From the NCBI GenBank assembly GCA_051532035.1, contig JAOPTW010000056.1, forward strand, positions 20,613 to 84,612: a DNA stretch of 64,000 nt, written 5' to 3'. A program made the position numbers and the translations under genes. Source of the stretch: Fibrobacterales bacterium. GTDB taxonomy: Bacteria > Fibrobacterota > Fibrobacteria > Fibrobacterales > JAOPTW01. Below the pieces are notes generated by a model. The model worked only from the letters and a program-made list of their open reading frames with translations, searched no databases and was not told the DNA's origin. Of this stretch, positions 38,514 to 49,112 are shown in pieces (position 1 is the first letter of the stretch; every line of letters begins with the position of its first letter).

Positions 38514-40016
38514 ATGGCAATGGAAAAAAATGATCAGGTAGAGGCGCGGTTAGTTAAACTAGAGAAATATCGTGAGATGGGGGTAAATCCTTATCCCTAT
38601 AAGTTTGACATGTCTCATAGTTCTAAACAACTTTTCGATGAACGAGAGTCATTGAACGATTCAGAGACCGTTGTGAGTTTTGCAGGCCGTGTTGTCCGGT
38701 ATAATCGTAAGGGCAAAATGTGTTTTATGCATTTGAAAGATCAATTTGGTAGAATGCAGGTTGTCGCTGCAAAAAATCTTGTTGGTGAAGAGAACTATGA
38801 AGTAGTAAAACTCTTTGATATTGGAGACTGGGTTGGTGTTGAAGGGACTTTATTTACCACTCAGAAGGGTGAATATAGTGTTAAAGCAACAAACATGCAG
38901 ATCCTTTCAAAGGCGGTACGCCCCCTTCCTATTCCTAAAGAAAAGAGAAATGAAGATGGTACCGTTACCGTGTTTGATGAATTTAAAGATGTTGAGACAC
39001 GGTATCGTCAGCGCTATATTGATCTTACCTTAAACGATTCAGTACGTGAGGTGTTTTTTAAACGTACCAAAATAGTTCAATCAATTCGTGACTATCTTAT
39101 CGGCTTTAATTACATGGAGGTTGAAACTCCCGTTCTCCAATCGATTTATGGTGGAGCGAATGCACGTCCATTTACTACTCATCACAATGCTGCAGGTCTT
39201 GAACTTTATATGCGTGTTTCAAATGAGCTTTATTTGAAACGTTGTATCGTTGGTGGACTCGAACGGGTATTTGAGTTTGCAAAAGATTTTAGAAATGAAG
39301 GAATGGATAAAACCCATAATCCTGAATTTACTCTTCTTGAATTTTATGAAGCGTACGCCGATTATAATGATATGATGGTACACTTTGAGACGATTTATGA
39401 AAAAGCCTGTATCGCTGCAAATGGTACAACAAAAATTAATTTTCAAGGCCAAGAGATTGATGTTAAAGCACCATGGCCACGGTTAACCTGTTACGAAGCA
39501 ATTGAAAAATTTGCAGATATTAAGGTTGAAGCGTTAAGCGATGATGAGTTAAAAGGCGAAATCGATAAACATGAAATTCATATGGATGGAGAGTTTTCTC
39601 GAGGACGTGCAATATTGGCTCTCTTTGAAGAGCTCTGTGAAGATAAGCTGATTCAACCACACTTCATAATTGATTTTCCTAAAGAGTCTACACCACTCTG
39701 TAAGGTACACCGTTCAAATCCTGATTTGGTTGAACAGTTTGAGCCATACATCAATGGTTGGGAAGTGGGTAATGCCTACTCTGAGCTTAATGACCCAATT
39801 AAACAACGTGAAGCATTTGAAGATCAAGTTGAACGAGGTCGCGGTGGTGAAGATGAAACACACCCTCTTGATGAAAACTTCTTGCACTCAATTGAAAGTG
39901 GTATGCCACCAACAGGTGGGGTAGGTATTGGTATAGACCGAATGGTGATGCTCTTAACGGATTCGCCAACGATTCGAGATGTACTCCTCTTTCCACTTAT
40001 GAAACCGGAATCATAA
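38514..40016 (+). CDS. lysS: Lysine--tRNA ligase (class II)
   Basis: RYRQRY.DL, EVETP.L, GGANARPF.T, FRNEG.D..HNPEFT..E.Y, GMPPTGG.GIGIDR. Confidence 0.98.
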   Translation: MAMEKNDQVEARLVKLEKYREMGVNPYPYKFDMSHSSKQLFDERESLNDSETVVSFAGRVVRYNRKGKMCFMHLKDQFGRMQVVAAKNLVGEENYEVVKLFDIGDWVGVEGTLFTTQKGEYSVKATNMQILSKAVRPLPIPKEKRNEDGTVTVFDEFKDVETRYRQRYIDLTLNDSVREVFFKRTKIVQSIRDYLIGFNYMEVETPVLQSIYGGANARPFTTHHNAAGLELYMRVSNELYLKRCIVGGLERVFEFAKDFRNEGMDKTHNPEFTLLEFYEAYADYNDMMVHFETIYEKACIAANGTTKINFQGQEIDVKAPWPRLTCYEAIEKFADIKVEALSDDELKGEIDKHEIHMDGEFSRGRAILALFEELCEDKLIQPHFIIDFPKESTPLCKVHRSNPDLVEQFEPYINGWEVGNAYSELNDPIKQREAFEDQVERGRGGEDETHPLDENFLHSIESGMPPTGGVGIGIDRMVMLLTDSPTIRDVLLFPLMKPES

Positions 40017-40051
40017 AAAAAGCGACTCTCTATTCAGAGAGTCGCTTTTTT
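40015..40051. terminator. Bidirectional terminator
   Basis: AAAAAAGCGACTCTC-tattca-GAGAGTCGCTTTTTT. Confidence 0.9.
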
Positions 40052-40063
40052 ATGAGTATTTTT

Positions 40064-40465
40064 TTAAAAGTTCATACTTGCTGGAGGGGGTGAACCACCC
40101 CAAGGGTCGCCTTCAAAGCTCGCTACTACAAGAGGTACCTGACCTAAAATCTTCTTCTCAGATGCTTTAAAAATAATGCGTGTTACCAGTTTCCCCTTCT
40201 TGGTATAGTACTCCCAAACGTGACCATTTTTCTTCTCAATATCTGGTGGTCCCCATAAGAAACGTACTAATACTTGAGTCATGCCTTCAACGGCATACCC
40301 TTTAAGAAAAGCATTTTTAATTTTCTGGTCAACTCCATATCCTTCTTGTTTTACTTCGTAGGGTCGCTCATCTGGTGCAACGCCACGTTTTGCAAGAATA
40401 GGTGATTTGTGTGATGAACAGCCGAGAAATAAGAATATTCCTGAGATAAGAATAGCTAGTTTCAT
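40064..40465 (-). CDS. Hypothetical lipoprotein (BamE/SmpA-like motif)
   Basis: Lipobox FLGC; GMT...V...WG.P........W.Y; AGGAG upstream. Confidence 0.6.
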   Translation of the reverse strand: MKLAILISGIFLFLGCSSHKSPILAKRGVAPDERPYEVKQEGYGVDQKIKNAFLKGYAVEGMTQVLVRFLWGPPDIEKKNGHVWEYYTKKGKLVTRIIFKASEKKILGQVPLVVASFEGDPWGGSPPPASMNF

Positions 40466-40695
40466 TCAGTCTCCTTTAGCTCGATAGCAAGTGTATGTTT
40501 CTTGTTTGTGTTTCATAATATATTAAATTCGGATCTCATGTGCTCTCTAAACAACTATTTTTCTGAGTCACTCTTATTGTTTGTTGATTAGAGTAAGTGA
40601 AAGTGACCTTGAATCAGGTTTTTAGAAGACTCCTTCTGTGAATCACTGGTGAATAAAGTACATTTTGATGAAAGTATTCCGAGTACCCTAAGTAT

Positions 40696-41634
40696 ATGCA
40701 TTGTAGATATTTTATTGTAATTGTATTCATCACGGTATCAGTTACCTTTGCTCAGAGATTTGAATCATTTCGCCAGCTTTCATTTGGCAATAATCTATCG
40801 ACTGAACTGTTTTTAGGATCTTCGCCTTATGTGATGAAGACCCTTCCTGATGTAGATATGAATCTTTCTTATACATGGATTGAACCGACATTTCAAAAGA
40901 GTCACTGGTTATTAAGAGAGTCTCATTTGCGCTTTGGTATTGACTATACTCAATCTCCGTGGTTTTCTCGAATTGGTACAGACCTCGGTATTAAAATATC
41001 AGAATTTTTTGAATTTCAAATTGGGTATTCATCGCTCTTTTATCTGCAAAGTAGTATTGAACTTGCGCCTTCAGAGAATAGGGTGCAGAAGTGGAATAGT
41101 GAGTTAGTTCGTGAATCCCTGTATCAACGAGATGCTTTTGATAATCTACAAGCGGTTAACTCAAAGGCTCGGTTTACACTTGACTATACTGAATGGCTTT
41201 TTGTTGCTGAGATAGAACACTTACTTATTGATATTAATACCAGTAACAATGGGTATAATTATGATTTCTATTATGGAATACCGGTGTATGAGCGAGATCA
41301 AGTGGTAACCCTTATCATTGACTTTCGGTATAATATATTAGAAAGCCCTTTTGACCTCTTTATTAGCAATCGTTATGTAAGTAAAGGATTTAAAAATGGC
41401 CTTTGGAAACGGTATGATGATACGGGACTGAATAAGAATTCATATAGGATAGGTACTATCTACCATCTTGACTCTAGAGGGAGTTGTAATCGGTTTATTT
41501 TTGGTGTTGATATTGTCTATAAAAATTCAGAATATCTAGACGAACAAAATCATCTTGTGCGTAACGAAGTGACAGGCAAAGATAAATACTATATCTATTT
41601 AGCCTATCAGAATGATCTTCCTTTTCTTAATTAG
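40696..41634 (+). CDS. Hypothetical exported protein, probable beta-barrel
   Basis: Signal peptide ending TFA; aromatic-rich alternating strands. Confidence 0.55.
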   Translation: MHCRYFIVIVFITVSVTFAQRFESFRQLSFGNNLSTELFLGSSPYVMKTLPDVDMNLSYTWIEPTFQKSHWLLRESHLRFGIDYTQSPWFSRIGTDLGIKISEFFEFQIGYSSLFYLQSSIELAPSENRVQKWNSELVRESLYQRDAFDNLQAVNSKARFTLDYTEWLFVAEIEHLLIDINTSNNGYNYDFYYGIPVYERDQVVTLIIDFRYNILESPFDLFISNRYVSKGFKNGLWKRYDDTGLNKNSYRIGTIYHLDSRGSCNRFIFGVDIVYKNSEYLDEQNHLVRNEVTGKDKYYIYLAYQNDLPFLN

Positions 41635-41642
41635 TAAAAGAG

Positions 41643-42281
41643 TTACTTTCTAGAAAGAAGTAGCTTTAATAGTGCATCTCTTGTATTTACTGCAATATTT
41701 TCAATATGGATAATTGCACGTTTCGAACTGTTATTAACATCCTCAACGCGTATGGTTTGAGGAACTCGGTATCCATGAAAATCATTATAGTCTGAGAAGG
41801 TCATGATTTTGCTCAGCTCTTTCTTATGTGAGTAGAGTTTTAAGGAGTTGGGGCGAGTAATAACCTTTGTATATGATGATGAGTAAGTGAATACTGAATC
41901 ATTTTTTGGGAGCCCAAAATTAAACTCTGTTATGAGTCGAAGGTCTTCTAACTGTAAAACTGAACCCATGAGTGACTCTCTAAAATGGTGTAAGGCAAGA
42001 AGTCGGTAGGCATCTGCATCTTCAAATTCATGACGAACGAGGAGTGAATCGAAAATTATTCTTTCGTGTACTCTGCCATTAGTGTCTTTAATGATGAATT
42101 GATCTTTCGGTTGGTGATTGGTATGTTCCCAATAAATAAAAAATTTATGATAGAGCATGTTGTCGTCAAAATATTCCACTGATGCCACAGCTGACGTCTC
42201 GAGAGGAGGCCATTTGTCTAACGACCCCGATGCATTGAGGATAGAAAAAGTGAATACGATCAGAATGAGTAGTTTTATCAT
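41643..42281 (-). CDS. Hypothetical exported protein (LolA-like C-terminus)
   Basis: Signal peptide; FSDY..F.G..VP..I...........I.NI.VN. Confidence 0.45.
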   Translation of the reverse strand: MIKLLILIVFTFSILNASGSLDKWPPLETSAVASVEYFDDNMLYHKFFIYWEHTNHQPKDQFIIKDTNGRVHERIIFDSLLVRHEFEDADAYRLLALHHFRESLMGSVLQLEDLRLITEFNFGLPKNDSVFTYSSSYTKVITRPNSLKLYSHKKELSKIMTFSDYNDFHGYRVPQTIRVEDVNNSSKRAIIHIENIAVNTRDALLKLLLSRK

Positions 42282-42676
42282 AATTTAAACTGTCGCTTGG
42301 TTATGCAAAAGTGTGCCAGAATACCATTAAATATACATTTATATTAGTCCCACAGTTGTTGAAGATACTTGAGAGAGGCTTCATTGCTGTGTAACGTCCT
42401 TTATAAACTATAGTATATCAAATAATAATAGTTTGAGCCAGCACATTTGGTATTGCGTATACAGTTCAGATTAGAATTTTGGCGGAATTCTAGTCCATTG
42501 GGAGAGTGGCAATAAAATCCAAAGGCTTCCGAAGCGAGGAACTCTTTTCGGAATGCATCAATAATTAGTATATACAGTATACCAGATAGATTGACTGTGC
42601 TGACTCAAGGTTTGAGAAATTCTCCCCGAGCTCGCTGGGTAGGATGGGAGAGATGCGAGCTCAGGGAAAAAGAGTG

Positions 42677-43753
42677 TTATTCTGCGCTTGTTTCATCTGA
42701 AAGTTCGATACGTTCTTCTGCATCAAACATTTCAATATCACTCATAGATTCACGAATTTTGAGTTCAATATCGGCACGGATATCTTTATTTTCTTTGAGG
42801 AACTGGCGAACATTTTCGCGCCCTTGACCAAGTCGTTCACTGCCGAAAGAGAACCAAGTACCACTGCGTTGTACGATTTCAAGGTCGACAGCCATATCGA
42901 GAATTGAGCCCTCTTTAGAGATTCCTTCACCGTAGAGAATGTCAAATTCACACTGGGTAAAGGGAGCGGCAAGTTTGTTTTTTACTACTTTGACGCGAGT
43001 ACGGTTACCAGTAACATCTTCGCCGGTTTTGAGAGAGGCAATGCGTCTGATATCGAGGCGTTGTGATGCATAAAATTTAAGTGCATTACCACCAGTTGTT
43101 GTCTCTGGATTACCAAACATAACACCAATTTTCATACGGAGTTGGTTGATAAAAATGAGTGAGCAGTTTGATTTGGCGATGATGCCTGTGAGTTTTCTGA
43201 GTGCTTGCGACATGAGTCGTGCTTGAAGACCCATGTGTGAGTCACCCATTTCACCATCAATCTCGGCTTGTGGTACAAGAGCGGCAACTGAGTCCACTAC
43301 AATGATATCCACAGCACCTGATCGAACGAGTGTTTCAGTGATATCAAGTGCTTGTTCACCTGATTCTGGTTGAGACACGAGAAGGTTTTCAATATCAACA
43401 CCGAGTTTACGTGCATAGTTTGCGTCAAAAGCGTGTTCTGCATCGATAAATGCCGCAACACCATTCTGCTTTTGAGCTTCGGCTACTGCATGAATAGCGA
43501 GTGTTGTTTTACCTGAAGATTCAGGTCCATAAATTTCGATGATTCTCCCTTTTGGGAATCCACCACATCCGAGAGCTGCATCAAGTTGAATACAACCAGT
43601 TGATATGACGGGGATCTCAACTGCGGCACCTTCGCCGAGTTTCATAATAGATCCTTTACCGTGGGATTTTTCAATTTGTGCCATTGCGGCTTCTACAGCT
43701 TTAAGTTTATCTGTAGGTACGTCTAATGTTTTACTTGCTTTTTTCTTTGCCAT
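42677..43753 (-). CDS. recA: Recombinase RecA
   Basis: [61 protein letters not shown]. Confidence 0.99.
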   Translation of the reverse strand: MAKKKASKTLDVPTDKLKAVEAAMAQIEKSHGKGSIMKLGEGAAVEIPVISTGCIQLDAALGCGGFPKGRIIEIYGPESSGKTTLAIHAVAEAQKQNGVAAFIDAEHAFDANYARKLGVDIENLLVSQPESGEQALDITETLVRSGAVDIIVVDSVAALVPQAEIDGEMGDSHMGLQARLMSQALRKLTGIIAKSNCSLIFINQLRMKIGVMFGNPETTTGGNALKFYASQRLDIRRIASLKTGEDVTGNRTRVKVVKNKLAAPFTQCEFDILYGEGISKEGSILDMAVDLEIVQRSGTWFSFGSERLGQGRENVRQFLKENKDIRADIELKIRESMSDIEMFDAEERIELSDETSAE

Positions 43754-43777
43754 GTGATCCTCGCTTGTTTAATATCT

Positions 43778-43806
43778 AATGTAATAACTAGTGCTCAAGT
43801 GTGCAA
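43778..43806 (-). promoter_or_regulatory. recA promoter with overlapping LexA-type box
   Basis: TTGCAC-N17-TACATT on minus strand; TGCTC-AAGT-GTGCA at 43792-43805 matches TGCNC-N4-GTGCA. Confidence 0.7.
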
Positions 43807-45063
43807 GTGCATATTTGAGTAGTTCTTAACTTTTTTTCTGAGTTCGTTTAACAAGTAAAAAGATACTTTATCTCTCAGACAGTTTCTGTCACCCCTAAAA
43901 TTTTGTTTAAAAACGTTTACACCATTAGGGTGGGCAATGGCCATCCATACAAGGCCAACAGGTTTTTCTGGTGTGCCTCCATCGGGGCCGGCTATGCCAC
44001 TTACTGCTACAGCAAAATCACTCGATGTTCTCTTTTTACAGCCGAGTGCCATTTCTCGTACAACTTCACTACTTACTGCACCATGCTGTTCTAGGGTTTC
44101 TGGTAAAACACCGACCAGTGTACTCTTTAGTTGGTTTGAATAGGTCACGAATCCGCCAGAATAGTACTGAGAGCTTCCTGGTAATGCAGTAAGAAGGCCG
44201 CCAATGATACCTCCGGTACATGATTCTACTGTAGAGATGGTTACGGAATTTTCAATACAGTCTTTTTGAAGAGTCGTGAGTAGTGATGAGCCATCGAGTG
44301 AAATGATTTCATCGCCAAAACCTTTCTCAATAAAGAGCGCAATAATCTCGTCCATTGCAGTGTCTACAATGGGAGCAACCTCTGCAAGTGGACCACTCAT
44401 AGTTAAGGAGAGGCGAAGCCCATCGAGTTCTGGAAGACTTGAAAATTCGACACCTATTGGTAGAACGACGGATTCGAGGAGCGCGGTTTGTACTCCTTCG
44501 CCAATATTTAAACTCAGAATCTGTCGGTTGTAGATCTCATCCATGTGCTCAGTTGTTAGTAGGGGAAGTATTTCGTTGCGTACCATTGGAATGACTTCAT
44601 GGGGAACACCAGGGCCAACAGATATACAGGTGTTCCTATGGGTTACAGAGAAGCCGAGTGCGGTACCATGGGGATTGGCAAGTAGTGTTGCCCCCTGAGG
44701 AAAGAGCGTTTGGATTGTTTGGTTGGGAAGTACGGGTCGGTTCATTCGACTAAAGCACTCTTCAACATGGGTTACTGCATCGGGTAATTGGACAAGTTCT
44801 TTGTTAAGGTACCGTGCAATATAAATTCGTGTTTGATCATCTGGAGTGGGGCCTAGGCCTCCGGTAACAATGATAGCATCTGATGATCTACAGTAGTCGA
44901 GTGCGCTATGAAGGGCTGCTTCGTTATCGGGGATAATAAGAGAGTGGGAAATATGTATCCCGTGAGCAGTCACCAACCGTGCAATAGTATGTGTGTTTGT
45001 GTCTTGAATTTTTCCATTCAAGAGCTCGGTGCCAATGGCAATAATGGAGAGAGTTTGTATCAT
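43795..45063 (-). CDS. cinA: CinA family protein (MoCF-like domain plus NMN deamidase)
   Basis: IGTELL.G...DTN, TGGLGPT.DD.T, ESCTGG, GAVS....EMA, SGIAGP.GG..EKPVG.V; upstream of recA. Confidence 0.95.
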   Translation of the reverse strand: MIQTLSIIAIGTELLNGKIQDTNTHTIARLVTAHGIHISHSLIIPDNEAALHSALDYCRSSDAIIVTGGLGPTPDDQTRIYIARYLNKELVQLPDAVTHVEECFSRMNRPVLPNQTIQTLFPQGATLLANPHGTALGFSVTHRNTCISVGPGVPHEVIPMVRNEILPLLTTEHMDEIYNRQILSLNIGEGVQTALLESVVLPIGVEFSSLPELDGLRLSLTMSGPLAEVAPIVDTAMDEIIALFIEKGFGDEIISLDGSSLLTTLQKDCIENSVTISTVESCTGGIIGGLLTALPGSSQYYSGGFVTYSNQLKSTLVGVLPETLEQHGAVSSEVVREMALGCKKRTSSDFAVAVSGIAGPDGGTPEKPVGLVWMAIAHPNGVNVFKQNFRGDRNCLRDKVSFYLLNELRKKVKNYSNMHLHT

Positions 45064-45158
45064 AGTACAAATGTAGTTTTTTATTGCATTGGATACCACC
45101 ACACCTATTTATGTGAAATTAATAAGTAAATTGAGTTCAATTTTGTATCTTTTTGCCC

Positions 45159-46124
45159 ATGAAATCGATACTACTGTTACTCCTTCTCCTTCTTGGCACA
45201 ACTCCTCTTTTCTCAAATACTGATGAGGAAAACCTTGAGCTCAATAAATCCGGGATCGAAGCAATTGACACATTACCCGCATTTGATTGGGATATTAAAA
45301 CAGATCATGATAATTTTTGGCTTGGTATGGGGCTATCACTCTTTCCGGGTGGGGGGCACTATTACACTGAGCACTATGTACATGGTGGGTTTATCACTGG
45401 TATTACATTGGGGCTTGGTTTTGATATTTGGGTGAGTAAAAAGTATCAAGCTAAAAAACAAGAGGAGCGTATTGCTCTCATTAAAGAGAAGTTATATTCC
45501 CTTGATACCCTCATAAAAAAAGATCCAGAGGCAAATTCAGTGAATATCGGCATCAGAACGACAACGCTGAATGAACTCCGTAAAGAAAATGATAATCGGA
45601 TAAAATTACAAGATCAGCGTAATTGCGAAATAGCTTGGTTTACCGGCATGTACCTCTATAGTATTATGGATGCTTATGAGACTCTAAAAAATAATGAGAG
45701 TCGGAGCTTTGAGAAAAAAGAACCGTTAACTGCTGCGTGGAAGGCTGCACTGGTACCCGGATGGGGTCAGATATATAATGGAGCTTATGGAAAAGCTGGT
45801 CTGCTCTATATGGCGTTTCTTGGTTCTTATGTATCCTATAATTCGAGTCAAAGTGTAGTGCGCTATTTCTTAAAGCGAAAACAGACTGCCGAACAAGAGG
45901 GGGCTGTTGATTTGGAAGATATAAAATCTCAGCTTACCAATGAGCGAAAGGCCCGAAATAAATATATCTGGGGGTTTGTAATCTTTTATGTCTATTCTAT
46001 TGCCGATGCTGTGGTTGATGCGACCTTATCAGATTTTGATAGCCCTGTTAATCTTTCGTTGGCGCCTAATAAAGACCCTAATGAGCTCCTTATTCCAGAA
46101 GTACAGATTACCTGGGATTTTTAA
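45159..46124 (+). CDS. Membrane/exported protein with two DUF5683-like repeats
   Basis: Two S..PG.G..Y units each followed by a TM segment and Y.YS..DA. Confidence 0.6.
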   Translation: MKSILLLLLLLLGTTPLFSNTDEENLELNKSGIEAIDTLPAFDWDIKTDHDNFWLGMGLSLFPGGGHYYTEHYVHGGFITGITLGLGFDIWVSKKYQAKKQEERIALIKEKLYSLDTLIKKDPEANSVNIGIRTTTLNELRKENDNRIKLQDQRNCEIAWFTGMYLYSIMDAYETLKNNESRSFEKKEPLTAAWKAALVPGWGQIYNGAYGKAGLLYMAFLGSYVSYNSSQSVVRYFLKRKQTAEQEGAVDLEDIKSQLTNERKARNKYIWGFVIFYVYSIADAVVDATLSDFDSPVNLSLAPNKDPNELLIPEVQITWDF

Positions 46125-46125
46125 T

Positions 46126-46728
46126 CTACGACCGTCGTGTTGGTAGGTTATGCTCTTTTAAAATCCCTTTCATTTCTGAAAGTCGATAAATGATATCAAT
46201 CACTCTCTCTGATATAACTCCCAAAACAAACCACATTGGTGCAATAGCAAAGCTGGTGTAAGTAAAAATGGTGAGAGGGCCATCTGCATAGTACCAGATT
46301 GACCAACCAGTGAGCCAGAAGAGGATCCAGCCGGTGATGCATTCCATAGCGAGAATAATACACATATAAATGAGCCCGCGTACAAACCAGTTGAGTGAGT
46401 TTTTAATGCGGGCATACATGGGTTCGAGACCAAAAACGAAAATGGATGCATATACAAAAAACATCCAGAGTGATGCCTGACCATAAAAAGTGGTAATGGG
46501 AACATCCCATATGTGGTTCAAGTCGAGTATCGGGTCGACCCGCCAGCTGTAATTAAAAAACCAACTGATCCAATCAGGAAGAGATCGCCCTATTTTACTG
46601 ATAGTATAAAAAGAGACTTCGCCGGCCAACATGAGCGCACCATATATACAGTAACGAATGACAGCTCTCCGTATGGATTTTACGAGTGCATGTTTATATA
46701 TGCGCATGACTGAGGACGAAAGTGACAT
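46126..46728 (-). CDS. Membrane protein (CmpB/TMEM229-like)
   Basis: G..S.WM..VY, RG..Y...I...E...G, W.Y, P.WF..G. Confidence 0.6.
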   Translation of the reverse strand: MSLSSSVMRIYKHALVKSIRRAVIRYCIYGALMLAGEVSFYTISKIGRSLPDWISWFFNYSWRVDPILDLNHIWDVPITTFYGQASLWMFFVYASIFVFGLEPMYARIKNSLNWFVRGLIYMCIILAMECITGWILFWLTGWSIWYYADGPLTIFTYTSFAIAPMWFVLGVISERVIDIIYRLSEMKGILKEHNLPTRRS

Positions 46729-46793
46729 AGACGCTCCAATATGTTTGGTGGTTTTCAGTATACTGGTATTTTATGAAAAATACTATAACTCAG

Positions 46794-47648
46794 TTATTTG
46801 GAGTAGTGTGCAGTTGTTATTTCGTAGAGGGCGATACCTACAATGATAACTGCTCCGTAATAGAAGTAAAGAGGAGGGAATTCTGAAAAACAGAAGGCAG
46901 CCAGGAGTGGTCCATACACCACTTGTAAGCTACTGAGGATAGAAATGGTAGCGGGAGTAAAACTTTTGAGAGAGTAGACAAGAAGTCCATGAGAACCAAG
47001 AGTAAAAAATGTAGCGAGTATGGTAAGTAGCCCTAATTGCTCGAATGATGGTATTATAAATGGTGAGTTATTGAATGGGAGTGTCAGAGTGAGTGCAACA
47101 GAGGCAATGATAATGTGGTAGCCCATGGTGGTAATGGTAGAGGTGGAATTGAGGTACTTCTTGGTCAACATGTTTCGTAATGAAAAAAAGACCGCAGAAA
47201 GTACGCCAATAAGAACACCGAGTGTTATTTCATTTTCTAGAGATAGCTCAGGTACGAGAAAAAATACACCAGTAAGTATTCCACATGCTCCGATGATTTG
47301 TCTTTTACTGAGGGGTGTTTTGAAAAAGAACGGCTCAAGTAGAACCGTTATAAGGGGATAAGTGAAGAGGGAGAGTATGCCTATTGCGACGGTTGAAAAC
47401 TGTATGGATGCGAAAAAGGTCCACCAATGAAAACCCATGAGTGAGCCGGTGAGTACAATCCATTTACGTTGACCAGAAGGAATGGCCAGCTTTTTTACAC
47501 GCCATAATATGAGGAGTGAAGCGATAGCACCAATAAAACAGCGCCACCAGATAAGCATACCTGCAGGCATGTCGATGCCTTTGGCAAAGAGAGCGGGTAC
47601 ACTCAAGAGAATGAGGGCACTATGCAAAATGATTGTTTGTTTGCGCAT
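46794..47648 (-). CDS. DMT/EamA family transporter
   Basis: About 10 TM helices in two repeats; HW..FF.SI..S.VA. Confidence 0.85.
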   Translation of the reverse strand: MRKQTIILHSALILLSVPALFAKGIDMPAGMLIWWRCFIGAIASLLILWRVKKLAIPSGQRKWIVLTGSLMGFHWWTFFASIQFSTVAIGILSLFTYPLITVLLEPFFFKTPLSKRQIIGACGILTGVFFLVPELSLENEITLGVLIGVLSAVFFSLRNMLTKKYLNSTSTITTMGYHIIIASVALTLTLPFNNSPFIIPSFEQLGLLTILATFFTLGSHGLLVYSLKSFTPATISILSSLQVVYGPLLAAFCFSEFPPLYFYYGAVIIVGIALYEITTAHYSK

Positions 47649-47726
47649 GTACTCAAAGATAACAAAAAAGAGACACTTGATTTTAAGGGTCTCTTTAAAA
47701 AATTATTTTGGTTGTGTATTTACGTA

Positions 47727-48974
47727 TCAGAGATCAAGCTCGTTGTCTATAACGACAACATTTTTACCTTGATTCTTTGCTTCGTATAACATTTGATCGG
47801 CATGGTTGATCATTTTTTCTACGGTCTCTTTTCGTTTTACACAGACGCCGATACTGATGGTTATCTTGAGATTATTCTCTTGAGTAACAATTGTGGTAGA
47901 CTCCACTTCTTGCCTAAAGAGTTCGAGTTCTATAAGTGGTTCAAAGTCACTGGTGTCATAAAAAAAGATACAGAGTTCATCTCCGCCAAACCTACAGATA
48001 ATAGCACCTTTGGTGAACCGTCTTTTAAGGCCCTCAGCAAGTGATATAATAACGGCATCGCCATCAAGATGACCATAGGTGTCATTGATTGATTTAAATG
48101 AGTCAATGTCAAACATGGCGACAGCAATATCATTTTGGGTACTTTCAAAGTATTGCTTTGATTCTGTAAAGAGAAACCTTCTGTTGTAGAGTCCCGTTAA
48201 ATAGTCGGTATCCGACGCATGTTGAATCTCTTTGATGTGTTCGATAGTCTCAATATTTTGATTAATACGACAGTAAAATTCATCATTAAGATAAGGTTTA
48301 GGGATAAAATCGTTGGCACCGCTTTTTATAAATTGGGCAGACATTCCCCGAGATGAATCAGAGGTCATACCAATGATAGCTAGTTTATCTTTAGGGTATT
48401 TTCTTCTCACCTTTTGAATAAGTTCCAGACCATTCATGTTGGGCATTTTATAGTCGGTTAAGAGAAGTCTAATATCGGGATTCTCTCTGAGTACCCTGAT
48501 GGCAGTTTCTCCATCCTCTGCTAAAAAGACAGAGTAGAGATGGTTTTTAAGAAGCTTTGAAGCTACATTGCGTGTGAGCTCAGAGTCGTCGCAAATGAGT
48601 ACTTTGGTGGTGATGTTTTTTTCAAGCCGCTTGAGAAGGGTTATAATATAGCCAATATTGTCAGGGTTATCTTTAATAACATAATCGATAATGGGTTTTT
48701 TCCAGAGTTCTATTTGGAGTTTATCACTATAACTGGAGGTGAATACAATCGTAGGTATTTTTTGAGAAAGGGTAAAATCAACTGATTCACCAGACTCCGC
48801 ATCTTCAATTACCATTGGGACAATTGCAGCAAGAAATTTCTGAGTGGCTAAGACGGTTTGGGCATCAGCCAAAGAGAAGCAACACACCGTTTTGAAATGA
48901 GTATGTTTCTCTATCTCTCGACTTATGAGTTCTGCAAGAGTTTTGCTATTTTGCAAAATTAAAATAGTTTGCAT
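47727..48974 (-). CDS. PleD-like response regulator diguanylate cyclase (REC-REC-GGDEF)
   Basis: Second REC with DDS, TDYKMP.MNG, KP; D.LTGLYNRR, DID.FK.INDTYGH..GD, RFGGDEL; first REC degenerate. Confidence 0.88.
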   Translation of the reverse strand: MQTILILQNSKTLAELISREIEKHTHFKTVCCFSLADAQTVLATQKFLAAIVPMVIEDAESGESVDFTLSQKIPTIVFTSSYSDKLQIELWKKPIIDYVIKDNPDNIGYIITLLKRLEKNITTKVLICDDSELTRNVASKLLKNHLYSVFLAEDGETAIRVLRENPDIRLLLTDYKMPNMNGLELIQKVRRKYPKDKLAIIGMTSDSSRGMSAQFIKSGANDFIPKPYLNDEFYCRINQNIETIEHIKEIQHASDTDYLTGLYNRRFLFTESKQYFESTQNDIAVAMFDIDSFKSINDTYGHLDGDAVIISLAEGLKRRFTKGAIICRFGGDELCIFFYDTSDFEPLIELELFRQEVESTTIVTQENNLKITISIGVCVKRKETVEKMINHADQMLYEAKNQGKNVVVIDNELDL

Positions 48975-49112
48975 TGTTGCTCAAAGGGTTGAATCACTAT
49001 AGTATCCTAATTTTTACCAGGAGGTGCAAGATAAATACTCTGTAATAGAGTGGGGGTAAGAGTAAAAATGAGCCAATGCATATAAACCGGCCCAATCAAC
49101 GAATACAATGAA

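Noticed and set aside
42304..42318. Sigma54-like TGGCAC...TTGCA upstream of 41643-42281
   Set aside because: GG-to-GC spacing is 9 nt, not the required 10
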